From positions 3,315-67,314 of the forward strand of contig JADGCH010000007.1 of the NCBI GenBank assembly GCA_015229115.1: DNA of 64,000 nucleotides, in the 5' to 3' direction. This document shows, piece after piece, positions 45,400 through 55,108 of the stretch. A program made the position numbers and the translations under genes. The stretch is from Magnetococcales bacterium (lineage in GTDB: Bacteria > Pseudomonadota > Magnetococcia > Magnetococcales > JADGCH01). The notes below the pieces were generated by a model, which worked only from the letters and a program-made list of their open reading frames with translations, ran no database searches and was not told the origin of the DNA. Positions within the stretch are counted from its first letter, which is position 1. Each line of letters opens with the position of its first letter.

Positions 45400-46830
45400 T
45401 CAGCGACGGTAGACCAGCACCCGCTCCTCCAGCATGTCACGCATAGCGTAACGCACGCCTTCGCGTCCCAGTCCGGAATCTTTCACGCCGCCATAGGGCA
45501 TGCTATCAACGCGGAAGGAGGGTACGTCGTTATGGATCACGCCGCCCACCTCCAGCGTATCGAAAGCGCGCATGACCGTCTGGAAATCGTTGGTAAAGAT
45601 ACCACACTGCAGACCATAACGTGAATCATTGACCCGCTCGAAGGCCTCTGTCATCGACTGAACCGGTGTCAACGTCACCACAGGACCAAAAGCCTCCTCG
45701 GCGACAATAGCGCAACGGGCGTCGGCCTCCTCAAGAATGGTCGCCGTCAGATTATTGCCCTGACCAACAGGGGCCACGCCATGGCCGGTAACCAAGTGGG
45801 CACCCTGATCAATGGCCTCCTGAATCCATTGCTGCAATCGCTGACGATTGGCGCTGTCGATCATGGGACCCAGCGTGGTGGCTTCATCGAGTGGATCACC
45901 GCTGCACAACGCCTCGGCTGCCTTTTTGAAACGGGAACGAAATTCCCCCATGATCTCATGGTGGAGAAAGATACGCTGGACTGAAATACAGACCTGACCA
46001 CACTGGTAAAAGGCCCCCATCACGGCACGGTTGATGAGCCAATCCCAGTCCTGCACATCACGATCGACAATCAGACCGGCATTACCACCCAGTTCAAGGA
46101 TAACCTTTTTCTTGCCCGCCTGCCGTTTCATCTTCCAACCTACCTCGGGCGAACCGGTGAAAGAAAGCAGTTTGATGCGTTCATCTTCCACCAGTTGCTG
46201 GCCGACAGTACGACCGCAGGGTACGACGGAAAAGGCTTCCGACGGCCAACCGGACTCGGCGATGATCTCCGCCAGCATCAAGGCGGTTAGAGGAGTCTTG
46301 GAGGCCGGTTTCAGAATGACCGGACAGCCCGTCGCCAGCGCTGGTGCTATTTTGTGCACCGCCAGATTGACTGGAAAATTGAACGGAGCAATGGCTGCCA
46401 CCACACCGATGGGATAGTGGCGCACCAGGGCCTGACGCCGCGTCGCCAAGGGATTGATAGCCAGATCGTAAGCCTCACCATAGATACGGCTAGCCTCACC
46501 AGCAGCCAGATCGAAGGTGGCAACAGCCCGTGTAATCTCCAGGCGTGATTCGTGCAGGGTCTTGCCATTTTCCTGCGACAGGGTACGGGCAAAGGTCTCC
46601 TGACGTTCCCTGAGACGATCGCGAATCAAGACCAGTATCTGTGCCCGCTGATAGGGTTCCAGCTGGCGTGTCTGCGGCAAGGCACGATGAGCCCGGTCAA
46701 TGGCCTGATCCACGGCATCGGCGCCGCATTCAGCAACCTGACCGATGCACTGGCCATCAAACGGATTGATTACATCCAGTTGTCGACCGGTTTCAACCCA
46801 CGATCCCCCAATATAGGCACGCATCCTCAT
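45400..46830 (-). CDS. NAD(P)+-dependent aldehyde dehydrogenase family protein
   Basis: The catalytic Glu context is ILELGGNAG and the catalytic Cys context is FYQCGQVCISVQR. The cofactor-binding region is SFTGSPEVG. The start overlaps the ubiK stop (ATGA). Confidence 0.85.
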   Translation of the reverse strand: MRMRAYIGGSWVETGRQLDVINPFDGQCIGQVAECGADAVDQAIDRAHRALPQTRQLEPYQRAQILVLIRDRLRERQETFARTLSQENGKTLHESRLEITRAVATFDLAAGEASRIYGEAYDLAINPLATRRQALVRHYPIGVVAAIAPFNFPVNLAVHKIAPALATGCPVILKPASKTPLTALMLAEIIAESGWPSEAFSVVPCGRTVGQQLVEDERIKLLSFTGSPEVGWKMKRQAGKKKVILELGGNAGLIVDRDVQDWDWLINRAVMGAFYQCGQVCISVQRIFLHHEIMGEFRSRFKKAAEALCSGDPLDEATTLGPMIDSANRQRLQQWIQEAIDQGAHLVTGHGVAPVGQGNNLTATILEEADARCAIVAEEAFGPVVTLTPVQSMTEAFERVNDSRYGLQCGIFTNDFQTVMRAFDTLEVGGVIHNDVPSFRVDSMPYGGVKDSGLGREGVRYAMRDMLEERVLVYRR

Positions 46831-47108
46831 GGTGTATTATGGTCACCTCCCTTGCCCTGCACCTCACCCAAAGCTGCTTCCAGTTCAGCAATCCGTTTCT
46901 CAAGCCGATCGACCTTGATGCGGGTATTGCTAAGCAGCTCACGTGTTGCATCAAACTCTTCCCTTGTTACCAGATCGAAATGTTCGACTCCTTCCCGCAC
47001 TACCTCACGAATCTTGCGCACAAACTCCTGATGGGTCATCCCCACCTTATCCAGTACCGACAGCACATTTTGTGCGATTTGATCAATGACCGAATTATCA
47101 ATCTGCAT
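46827..47108 (-). CDS. ubiK: UbiK/YqiC (BMFP) family ubiquinone biosynthesis accessory factor
   Basis: The 93-aa protein contains FDLVTREEFDATRELLSNTRIKVDRLEKRIAELEA. This parallels [35 protein letters not shown] in E. coli YqiC. Confidence 0.7.
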   Translation of the reverse strand: MQIDNSVIDQIAQNVLSVLDKVGMTHQEFVRKIREVVREGVEHFDLVTREEFDATRELLSNTRIKVDRLEKRIAELEAALGEVQGKGGDHNTP

Positions 47109-47137
47109 GACAAGCTCTCCTCCATTGCGTTACGGTG

Positions 47138-48076
47138 TCAGGATCTACAGTCCATAGCAGCAACGGCTGTCACCGCGTCCACCAGATCCAGACCAGCCCG
47201 ACCATAAAAATAACCATTACAATATGATGCCGACGGATCAAGATGCACCAGCTCCGCCTTAGCCTCCACCCCGCTGATCTGACCATCCAGCCGTGCCCGC
47301 CATAAGGCGGTCAACTCGGTCATACCCTGACTCTGTGGCGACAGACGGACAATATCGATCCCCATCTGTTGCAGCGACTCGGTCGCTTCGATCAGATTGA
47401 ACTTCCGTTCCGACATCATCTGGATGCCGTTGATGGTCAAAAATGGGTCACCGGTCTGAGTCTGCAGTGGCAACCCATCCGGATAATCACCGCAGCGATA
47501 TTGACAATTGGCCTTGCTCAAATGAAAGGCCCGCGCAGTGTAGCAGCGCGCCGACAACGCCAACGGCAACCGTCCCCAGGCCAGCAGTTCGTATTGCAAC
47601 GCACTCGGGCGCCGTTGAGCGATGATGGCAGCCATCATATCGCGCGACAGTTCAACCGGAAAGACCACCCGACGCACACCCACGGTTGACAGAAAACCGA
47701 TCGTCTCCGGATTATAGCTGTTGATATGAAGTCCGGCCACCATGGCCTTACCCTCGCCAATCGCCAACCCAGCCATGTCGTTGACCTCGACCATCCACTG
47801 CTGCTGGTCGGCTACAGCGACCAAGCGACGGATGAACTCCTGTTCCTCGTCGTTCATGACCAGACCGAGCGTGGATAGTACAATCTCTTTTCCGGACGGC
47901 TTCAGCTCCTGCGCCAATTGGACCAGTTCGTCCAGCGTCAGATGCGAACGTCGACCACAGACCACCTCACCGATGTAGAGAATATCGGCCGCACTTTCAT
48001 AAGCCATGCGGTGATAGAAATCACGTAGCCCCTTCTTGCCCCATTCAAACAGTACCGGACCAATGGCTAGCTTCAT
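47138..48076 (-). CDS. ubiV: U32-family protein UbiV (YhbV-like), O2-independent ubiquinone hydroxylation
   Basis: The N-terminus MKLAIGPVLFEWGKKGLRDFYHRMAYESAADILYIGEVVCGRR parallels E. coli YhbV. The Cys pattern (C in VVCGRR, then C-x12-C-x3-C in ARCYTARAFHLSKANCQYRC) matches the reported 4Fe-4S ligands. Confidence 0.75.
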   Translation of the reverse strand: MKLAIGPVLFEWGKKGLRDFYHRMAYESAADILYIGEVVCGRRSHLTLDELVQLAQELKPSGKEIVLSTLGLVMNDEEQEFIRRLVAVADQQQWMVEVNDMAGLAIGEGKAMVAGLHINSYNPETIGFLSTVGVRRVVFPVELSRDMMAAIIAQRRPSALQYELLAWGRLPLALSARCYTARAFHLSKANCQYRCGDYPDGLPLQTQTGDPFLTINGIQMMSERKFNLIEATESLQQMGIDIVRLSPQSQGMTELTALWRARLDGQISGVEAKAELVHLDPSASYCNGYFYGRAGLDLVDAVTAVAAMDCRS

Positions 48077-48079
48077 GGA

Positions 48080-51000
48080 TCAATGCCCTACCAGCATGAA
48101 AGCGGACCAGATGTAAGGATGTTTCCACTGCGCCGATTGCATCATCTCCAACTGCGCCTCGTGAAAGGCCTGATAGACCGGCATGCCTTTCAGCAAACGC
48201 TGATAGAAGGTGGTCATCAGGGCCTGGGTTCCAGCATCGCTCACTTCCCACAACGATACTACCAGATCGGCCACGCCTGCCTCACGGAAGGCGCGCCGCA
48301 AGCCATAAACCCCCTCGCCCTCATGCACCTCACCCAAACCGGTCTCGCAGGCCGACAGAACCGCCAGTTTGGTACCAGACAGATTAAGCCCCAGCACCTC
48401 CATGGCGGTCAGAATACCATCGTTTTCGGTACCAATATCACCGAGAAAAGGCGCATTGGCGTTGATGCCGGCAAAGGCCAGACCGGAACGCAACATCGGA
48501 TTATCTCCTGGGGGTGCCACCTGGAAATCAGCGCTGCGCTGCAACTTGAGCAACCGCTTTTTCAGGTTGTCATCGGCCTTGAGAAAAAAGCCGTGGGTAG
48601 CGACATGGAGGTATTCCGGTGTCGTCTTCATCTCCTTGAGACTCTTTTCCTGGGCATCGTGACGCGACAGCAGCTGATTGCTGCGTCCCTGCTCCTTGGC
48701 TTTGCCAATAATCAATGCCCCCTCTTTTTCAGCTCCTGGTAACGGATCGAAGTGCAGACCACGAATACCGGCGGAAAAAGCACGCAAACCATCGCGCAGA
48801 TCACCACCGATGCCACGGGTATCAGCAGCCGGTAACGCACCAGCCGAACGGCGCTGTTGCACTTCAGCCAGAACTGTCTTGGCCGTTACCTTGTCGGAAT
48901 CGTAATCCGGTCCAGCGATGGTCATAAACAGGCCACTCTTGGAGCTGGCGATCGCCTCTGGCAACAGATCACGGCTAGAGGTCAGTAAATGCAGATCCAG
49001 TTTTTGCAGCAGATAATGGCCCTTTTCATCGATCAGGGCCTGAAAAGGCAGGATGTGTAACGGGCCATCCGGCACAACGTAGACCTGTTTACGATCACCA
49101 ATGACCGGCATGAGCGGTGCCCACACAGCATCGTAGATACTTTGCCCCATCTCGTTGCGCTCATCCTCATCCAGATCTTCATCCTGGATGGCCTTGCGAT
49201 AGGCCAGCACCTCTTTTTCGATGGCCGCCAGCGTCTGCCGGAAGGTCACCAGTCCGAACTGCGCCTCGCTGCCTTTTTTAGTCAGGGTACCCGCCAACAA
49301 ACGAGAGGCCCCCTGCCCATCCTGATAGGTCATAAACTCCACCAGCACGGCTCCATCCGGAATCCGATCCACCAGTTGCTGCACCGTAACCGGCTGAGTG
49401 CTGGCACGAAAGCGCTGGCTGGCCCGTCCCAGGGTGCCCTGCAGTTCATCGATACGCTTTTCCAGCTGCTGCAGGGTGGCCAGATATTGGTCACCGGTCT
49501 CAGCCGTTGGGCCAGACAGGGTCAGTGCCGCCAGTTTCTTGCGGTTATCGCGCAATTCCTGTGTTATCTTCAACAGCTGTGGATCTTCAGCCAGTCGGGC
49601 CACCTGGCTGATTTCGGAGCTGATCTTCAGCAGAATGCCCTTGCGCTGCAAAGCCAAGTCGATCAGGGCCTGTCCGGCTCGACCCGCATCAATACGGGTC
49701 AACAGGACCAAGTAGCGGTCCAGCTCGGGTCGATGCAGGCGAAGATAACCCTCGCGAGCATTGTCACCAGCCACCCACATCATGCGATCCAGAAAGGTGG
49801 AACGACGCTGAAAACCAGTCTGGCGCAACGCAAAGGCCGCATCGTTCTGCCCCATCACTTCACGCAAACCGGCATAACGATCGATGGTCTCGAAGGTGTA
49901 GGGATGTTGCGGCCCCAACACCTTCTCCTCGATTGCCACGGTCTGCTGGAACAGCTGATCAGCGACAGCGTGCTGGCCCTGGGCCTGACGCAACAGTGCC
50001 AGATCATTCATGCTGCGCAGGGTGTCAGCATGCTCGGCACCCAAAGCGGCACGACGCAGCTCAAGGGCCTTGACCAGCAAGGTTTCCGCCTCTGACAGGC
50101 GGCCCTGGTGATAACGGACACGCGCCAGGTTGTTCATGGCCTTGAGGGTCTTCTGGTGGTTCTCTCCCAAGGTCTCCTTCCAGGTAGCCAACACCTGCTC
50201 GAACAGGGGCGCCGCCTTATCGTATTCCCGACGCAACAGTTGCAAATAAGCAAGGTTGTTGATATAGGCCGCTGTATCAGGATGACGTGCTCCCATCTTC
50301 TTGGTGGCAGCATCGATAATGGTGGTGTACAGCGGTTCGGCCTGATCAAAATTGCCCTGACTCTCATGCAGCAGGGCCAGACTATTCCGGTTGGCCCAGG
50401 TCGACGGGTGATCCTCCCCCACGGCTTCCTTGGTCAGGGTAATGGCCTCCTTGAACAACGGTTCCGCTACATCGTACAGACCGCGCTGTTCGTAGACCAG
50501 ACCGAGGTTGTTCATCAGGGTTGCCACGGTCAGATGGCGCGGACCCAACTGCTTTTTGGCTTGTGCCAAGGCTGTGTTGTATTCGTTTTCGGCCTCAACC
50601 AGACGATCCTGGCGCCGATGGATGCCAGCCAGATTGTTGATGGTCACCAACCGGTCCGGATGATCAGCACCCAATGTCGCTGTTTCGTAGTCCAGCACTT
50701 CCTGAGTCAGAGTCTCGGCCGCAGCAAACTGCCCCAATTCTTCGTGCAACTGGGCCATCTCATCCTTGATGCGATAAAGCAGTCGTTTGCCATCCGGATC
50801 AGCGGCCTGACTCAAAGCCTGTGCCAAAGGCTGTAACAGCGCCTGAGCCTGCTGGAACTGCCCTAGCTGACGTTGCACCGCAGCCAGTTCAATCACGGTC
50901 TGGATGGCATCACCATGACCATCGGCCAACACCGCCTGCTGGATCTGACGTGCCTTATCCAACCGCTGCTGGGCGTCGTTGTAAAAACCACGCACCCGCG

Positions 51001-51973
51001 CCAGGGCAGCCCACTGGGTCAAACAGGAAGCCGTATCGGGATGGAATGGACCCAACCCCTGTTCGTGACGGCTACACAGATCCTGCCACATCGAATCGGC
51101 CTGCGACAGCTTGCCGCTGTTCTGCCATACCCGAGCCAAGGCCATGCCGGCTGCCAAGGTTAGGCTATGGTTCTTGCCAACACTGCCCGGGTAGCCATTC
51201 CAGGCCGCCAGAGCCTGTTTTTCCGCTTCAGCCAGACGGATCAGACCAGTGCTGTACAGTTCGGTCAGCAGACGATGAATCGTCATGACCTCTACATCGT
51301 TCTTGCCCAGTACAGCTGTGGCTAGCGATAAAGCCTTGCGCAGCAGGGGTTCCGCCTTATCGAACTGATTATTGCTGAAATGCAACCGTCCCAGGTCACG
51401 CGTGGCCATGAAGGTCAGCACATGTTTATCGCCGAACAGCTCTTGCGCCTTTTTGAGAACAGCTGTCCCCAATAAAATGGCCTGTTCCCCCTGCCCCATC
51501 TGGGCAGCCTGGTGCATCTGTGCCAGCTGCTGCGACCAGGTCGTCAGCTCCTTGTTGGCCACCTTGGCCGTTGACCTGGTTACCAGCTGCTCAAACGGCT
51601 GCCGGACAGCTAGCGGAATCTCTGTCAACAAGGTAGTCACCAAGCGATTGTATTCCTCGGCCATGGCCTGATCCGTCTTGCCTACCGCACCAGCCACCAA
51701 TTGGTGCAGCAGGGTCAATACCGGCACGCTGTACTTATCCTCGGCCAGCGCCATGGCGACCATCTGTTCCAAGGCATTGAGATCGGATGGATTTTTTTGC
51801 ACCTGTTGCCATAGGGGCTGCAATTTGGCATCGATAGCCGGCTGAGCATGACCTGCCACCTGCTGCACCTGTGGATCTTTTGCCCATGAATGAGCCGGTC
51901 CCATGAACGCGCCCACACAGGCGACAGACAATAATCCAGCTACAGCACGATTGAACGGGTGATATCTACTCAT
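48080..51973 (-). CDS. exported TPR-repeat protein with C-terminal CHAT (caspase-like) domain (1297 aa)
   Basis: The signal-like N-terminus is AVAGLLSVACVGAFMGPAHSWA. It is followed by many 42-residue TPR units (for example NNLGLVYEQRGLYDVAEPLFKEAITLTKEAVGEDHPSTWANR). The CHAT His and Cys contexts are YLHVATHGFF and LAVLSACETGLG. The stop lies 3 nt upstream of the ubiV start. Confidence 0.85.
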   Translation of the reverse strand: MSRYHPFNRAVAGLLSVACVGAFMGPAHSWAKDPQVQQVAGHAQPAIDAKLQPLWQQVQKNPSDLNALEQMVAMALAEDKYSVPVLTLLHQLVAGAVGKTDQAMAEEYNRLVTTLLTEIPLAVRQPFEQLVTRSTAKVANKELTTWSQQLAQMHQAAQMGQGEQAILLGTAVLKKAQELFGDKHVLTFMATRDLGRLHFSNNQFDKAEPLLRKALSLATAVLGKNDVEVMTIHRLLTELYSTGLIRLAEAEKQALAAWNGYPGSVGKNHSLTLAAGMALARVWQNSGKLSQADSMWQDLCSRHEQGLGPFHPDTASCLTQWAALARVRGFYNDAQQRLDKARQIQQAVLADGHGDAIQTVIELAAVQRQLGQFQQAQALLQPLAQALSQAADPDGKRLLYRIKDEMAQLHEELGQFAAAETLTQEVLDYETATLGADHPDRLVTINNLAGIHRRQDRLVEAENEYNTALAQAKKQLGPRHLTVATLMNNLGLVYEQRGLYDVAEPLFKEAITLTKEAVGEDHPSTWANRNSLALLHESQGNFDQAEPLYTTIIDAATKKMGARHPDTAAYINNLAYLQLLRREYDKAAPLFEQVLATWKETLGENHQKTLKAMNNLARVRYHQGRLSEAETLLVKALELRRAALGAEHADTLRSMNDLALLRQAQGQHAVADQLFQQTVAIEEKVLGPQHPYTFETIDRYAGLREVMGQNDAAFALRQTGFQRRSTFLDRMMWVAGDNAREGYLRLHRPELDRYLVLLTRIDAGRAGQALIDLALQRKGILLKISSEISQVARLAEDPQLLKITQELRDNRKKLAALTLSGPTAETGDQYLATLQQLEKRIDELQGTLGRASQRFRASTQPVTVQQLVDRIPDGAVLVEFMTYQDGQGASRLLAGTLTKKGSEAQFGLVTFRQTLAAIEKEVLAYRKAIQDEDLDEDERNEMGQSIYDAVWAPLMPVIGDRKQVYVVPDGPLHILPFQALIDEKGHYLLQKLDLHLLTSSRDLLPEAIASSKSGLFMTIAGPDYDSDKVTAKTVLAEVQQRRSAGALPAADTRGIGGDLRDGLRAFSAGIRGLHFDPLPGAEKEGALIIGKAKEQGRSNQLLSRHDAQEKSLKEMKTTPEYLHVATHGFFLKADDNLKKRLLKLQRSADFQVAPPGDNPMLRSGLAFAGINANAPFLGDIGTENDGILTAMEVLGLNLSGTKLAVLSACETGLGEVHEGEGVYGLRRAFREAGVADLVVSLWEVSDAGTQALMTTFYQRLLKGMPVYQAFHEAQLEMMQSAQWKHPYIWSAFMLVGH

Positions 51974-52047
51974 GGGAACTCCTCTTTATACAACGGTTCA
52001 ACGCATCAACTATACGCAACCTGTCCCAGTTTGACAAGCATTCACCG

Positions 52048-52076
52048 TTGCATTCCACGGTGGCTATGGCTATCAT
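52048..52076 (+). promoter_or_regulatory. candidate sigma-70 promoter for rhodanese-zapE
   Basis: TTGCAT (52048-52053), a 17-nt spacer, then TATCAT (52071-52076). This would place the transcription start downstream of the ORF-track start at 52048. Confidence 0.35.
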
Positions 52077-52107
52077 GGCCGTCCCTGACAGTCATCAATC
52101 AATCGAT

Positions 52108-52533
52108 ATGAGTCATTTCATCATGATGGAACGTACTTTTGGTGCCCTGCTGCTGACCCTCGGGTTAGCAGGGTGTGCCGAGCCTCCTTACACCAATATT
52201 GACAACGACGGCATCAAAACCCTGCAGTCCCAGGGTATTCCGATCTATGACATCCGGCGTCCGGACGAGTGGCGCCAGACTGGCGTGGTCGCTGGTAGCC
52301 GTCTGCTGACTTTTATCGACAACAGCGGCAAGCCCAACCCGGAATTCTTCGCCCGCTTTACCCAGGAGGTCAACAAAGAGACTCCGGTGATCCTGATCTG
52401 CCGCACTGGCAACCGCAGCGATACCCTGGCCCGCCACCTAATGGAAAAAATGGGCTATCTCAAGGTTTACAACGTGCGTCGCGGGATCGTCAGCTGGATC
52501 CATAACGGCCTGCCGGTAGTTGCCCCCCAATGA
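52108..52533 (+). CDS. single-domain rhodanese (sulfurtransferase) lipoprotein
   Basis: The lipobox LGLAGC follows a hydrophobic stretch. The rhodanese core is IYDIRRPDEWRQTGVVAGS, and the active-site loop is CRTGNRS. The start could be ATG 52108, 52123 or 52126. Confidence 0.75.
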   Translation: MSHFIMMERTFGALLLTLGLAGCAEPPYTNIDNDGIKTLQSQGIPIYDIRRPDEWRQTGVVAGSRLLTFIDNSGKPNPEFFARFTQEVNKETPVILICRTGNRSDTLARHLMEKMGYLKVYNVRRGIVSWIHNGLPVVAPQ

Positions 52534-53609
52534 GCAATCCATCCCATTCTGCTACCGCCCTGTATCAGGACTATCTGGACGCTGGCCGGTTACAGCCCGA
52601 CCCGCAACAGCTCGAACTACTACCGGTACTGGACCAGCTGGTGCAGCAGCTTAACCATCCGGTACAGCGGGTGAGCTGGCGTAATGTCTCGGTATGGCGT
52701 GGTGAACAGGGTGCTGCGGTGCCCAAAGGTCTTTATCTGCATGGTCCGGTGGGTCGCGGCAAATCGATGTTGATGCAGCTGGTGTTCGATGCTACAACAG
52801 AGCAGCACAAGCGCAGGGTTCACTTTCACCCCTTCATGGAGGAACTGCATCACCGTATCCATCACGCTCGCCCGCCACGCAACATGGATCTGATGCTGCA
52901 TGTGGCTGAGCAGCTACTGGCAGAAGTGCGTCTGCTATGCTTCGATGAATTTTACATTACCAACATCGCCGATGGCATGCTGCTGGGACGCCTGCTGGAA
53001 GCCCTGTTCCAATGCGGTGTCACCCTGTGTGTCACCAGTAACTGGGCACCGGAAAACATCTTCCAGGATGGCATCAATCGTGGTCGGGTGCTCCCTTTTA
53101 TCGATATCCTCAGACGACACGTCCAGGAAGTGGCGCTGGATCGCGGCAGTGACTGGCGTCGCTGCTCTGCCAGCCAAACCGAAGAAAAACGGCGTCCGCT
53201 GGACATCTTCACCCATCTGGCCGGTCAGGATCCTGACCCCAAACCAATCACCCTGCGCCATATGACCGTCGAGACCATCGGTGCCGAACAAGGCGTTTAC
53301 TGGTTTGACTTCGACAGCCTGTGTGCCCGTTCCATTGGACGAGCCGAGTACATGGAACTGTGTCGCTTGGCTAAAATCGTGATCCTTTCCGGCATTCCGC
53401 CCCTGTCAGCCGACATGGCCGATTATGCCATGCGTTTCATTGTACTGGTCGACCTGCTCTACGAACACAGGATCGCGCTTCACACCTGCGGTACCACCAA
53501 CCTGGACCAGATCTGCACCGAAGGACCAGCCGCCTTCGCTTTCCAGCGTACCCTGTCACGCATTCACGAACTGGGCAATATGGCGGCCCTGTCAGGAAAC
53601 AGCCCGTAA
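52530..53609 (+). CDS. zapE: ZapE/AFG1-family ATPase
   Basis: Walker A is [16 protein letters not shown] and Walker B is [26 protein letters not shown]. The start overlaps the rhodanese stop (ATGA). Confidence 0.85.
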   Translation: MSNPSHSATALYQDYLDAGRLQPDPQQLELLPVLDQLVQQLNHPVQRVSWRNVSVWRGEQGAAVPKGLYLHGPVGRGKSMLMQLVFDATTEQHKRRVHFHPFMEELHHRIHHARPPRNMDLMLHVAEQLLAEVRLLCFDEFYITNIADGMLLGRLLEALFQCGVTLCVTSNWAPENIFQDGINRGRVLPFIDILRRHVQEVALDRGSDWRRCSASQTEEKRRPLDIFTHLAGQDPDPKPITLRHMTVETIGAEQGVYWFDFDSLCARSIGRAEYMELCRLAKIVILSGIPPLSADMADYAMRFIVLVDLLYEHRIALHTCGTTNLDQICTEGPAAFAFQRTLSRIHELGNMAALSGNSP

Positions 53610-54944
53610 TCCTGCCAAAGCAGCCGCAATATCGCTCTCCGGATAGACATAATCTTCTAGCTGTCCGGCAAAATAACGGTCGTAGGAGGCCATATCGAAG
53701 TGTCCATGACCGGACAGGGTGAAGAAGATGGTTTTCGCCTCGCCACTCTCCTTGCAACGCAAGGCCTCATCGATGGCCACACGAATGGCATGATTGGATT
53801 CTGGTGCCGGTAAAATGCCTTCCGCTCTGGCAAAGGTAACACCGGCCTGAAAGGTGGCCAGCTGTGGCACGGCAACAGCTTCGATCAATCCGAGATGATA
53901 CAGATGGGATACCAGCGGCGAATCACCATGGTAACGCAAGCCACCAGCATGGATACCCGGAGGAATAAAGTCATGTCCGAGCGAATACATCGGCAACAAG
54001 GGTGTCAGACAGGCGCTATCACCATGATCGTAGGCATAACGTCCCTTGGTCAGGGTTGGACAGGAGTCCGGTTCAACAGCCACCAACCGTACCTCCCGAC
54101 CAGCGGCCTTGTCCATCAGGAATGGGAAGGCGGTGCCGCCAAAGTTGGATCCGCCACCACAACAAGCAATCACCACATCGGGCATCACACCGATTTTGTT
54201 GAACTGGGCACGTGCCTCCAGTCCGATCACCGTCTGATGCAGTACCACATGATTCAGCACCGAGCCCAAGGCATAATGGCTATCAGCGCGACTGGCGGCA
54301 TCTTCGACCGCTTCGGAGATGGCTAGGCCGAGTGATCCGGGTGTTTCCGGATCGCGCTCCAGCGCCGCCCGACCGGTTGCTGTCTCCACGGACGGACTGG
54401 AAAAGACCTGAGCACCCCAGGTTTCCATCATCGAACGCCGAAACGGCTTCTGCTGGTAGCTGACGCGCACCATATAGACCCGTACGGTCAGATTGAACAT
54501 GGCCCCTGCCAAGGCAATGGAAGAGCCCCATTGTCCAGCACCGGTTTCAGTCGTCAGGCGGCGGATGCCTTCCTGCTGGTTGTAATAGGCTTGGGCCACG
54601 GCCGTATTGGGCTTGTGCGAACCAGCCGGGCTGCCCCCCTCATATTTATAGTAGATGCGCGCTGGCGTCGCCAAAGCCTGCTCCAGATGATGGGCGCGAA
54701 AGAGCGGGGCCGGACGCCAAAGCCGGTAGATGTCGCGTACTGGTTCCGGAATGGCAATCCAGCGCTGGCTGGACATTTCCTGTTCGATGAGAGCCTGCGG
54801 AAAAATGGCTGATAGGGCATCGGCGCCGATGGGATGACCATCCGGCCCCAAGGGGGGTGGCATGGGTGTAGGCAAGTCAGCAGCGATGTTATACCAGTGG
54901 GTTGGGATTTCTGCTTCGCTGAGAACTATCTTGATATCGTCCAT
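53592..54944 (-). CDS. trpB: TrpB2-type tryptophan synthase beta-chain-like PLP enzyme
   Basis: The sequence is [13 protein letters not shown]...[24 protein letters not shown]...[15 protein letters not shown]. At 450 aa it is the long TrpB2 form. No trpA is adjacent. Confidence 0.8.
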   Translation of the reverse strand: MDDIKIVLSEAEIPTHWYNIAADLPTPMPPPLGPDGHPIGADALSAIFPQALIEQEMSSQRWIAIPEPVRDIYRLWRPAPLFRAHHLEQALATPARIYYKYEGGSPAGSHKPNTAVAQAYYNQQEGIRRLTTETGAGQWGSSIALAGAMFNLTVRVYMVRVSYQQKPFRRSMMETWGAQVFSSPSVETATGRAALERDPETPGSLGLAISEAVEDAASRADSHYALGSVLNHVVLHQTVIGLEARAQFNKIGVMPDVVIACCGGGSNFGGTAFPFLMDKAAGREVRLVAVEPDSCPTLTKGRYAYDHGDSACLTPLLPMYSLGHDFIPPGIHAGGLRYHGDSPLVSHLYHLGLIEAVAVPQLATFQAGVTFARAEGILPAPESNHAIRVAIDEALRCKESGEAKTIFFTLSGHGHFDMASYDRYFAGQLEDYVYPESDIAAALAGLRAVS

Positions 54945-55108
54945 CGGTTACCATTCCTGTCTGCTGAAAAAGATGGGTGAGCAGAGGTAAGCATACCCTG
55001 CCATGACCGGCCTGTGCAAGGTGCCTGTGCATGTCGTAACGGACCTTGCAGAACAGAATTTTTTTGCCTACCATGAGCGCCTTGAATCATCGATAATGGG
55101 ATGGGACC

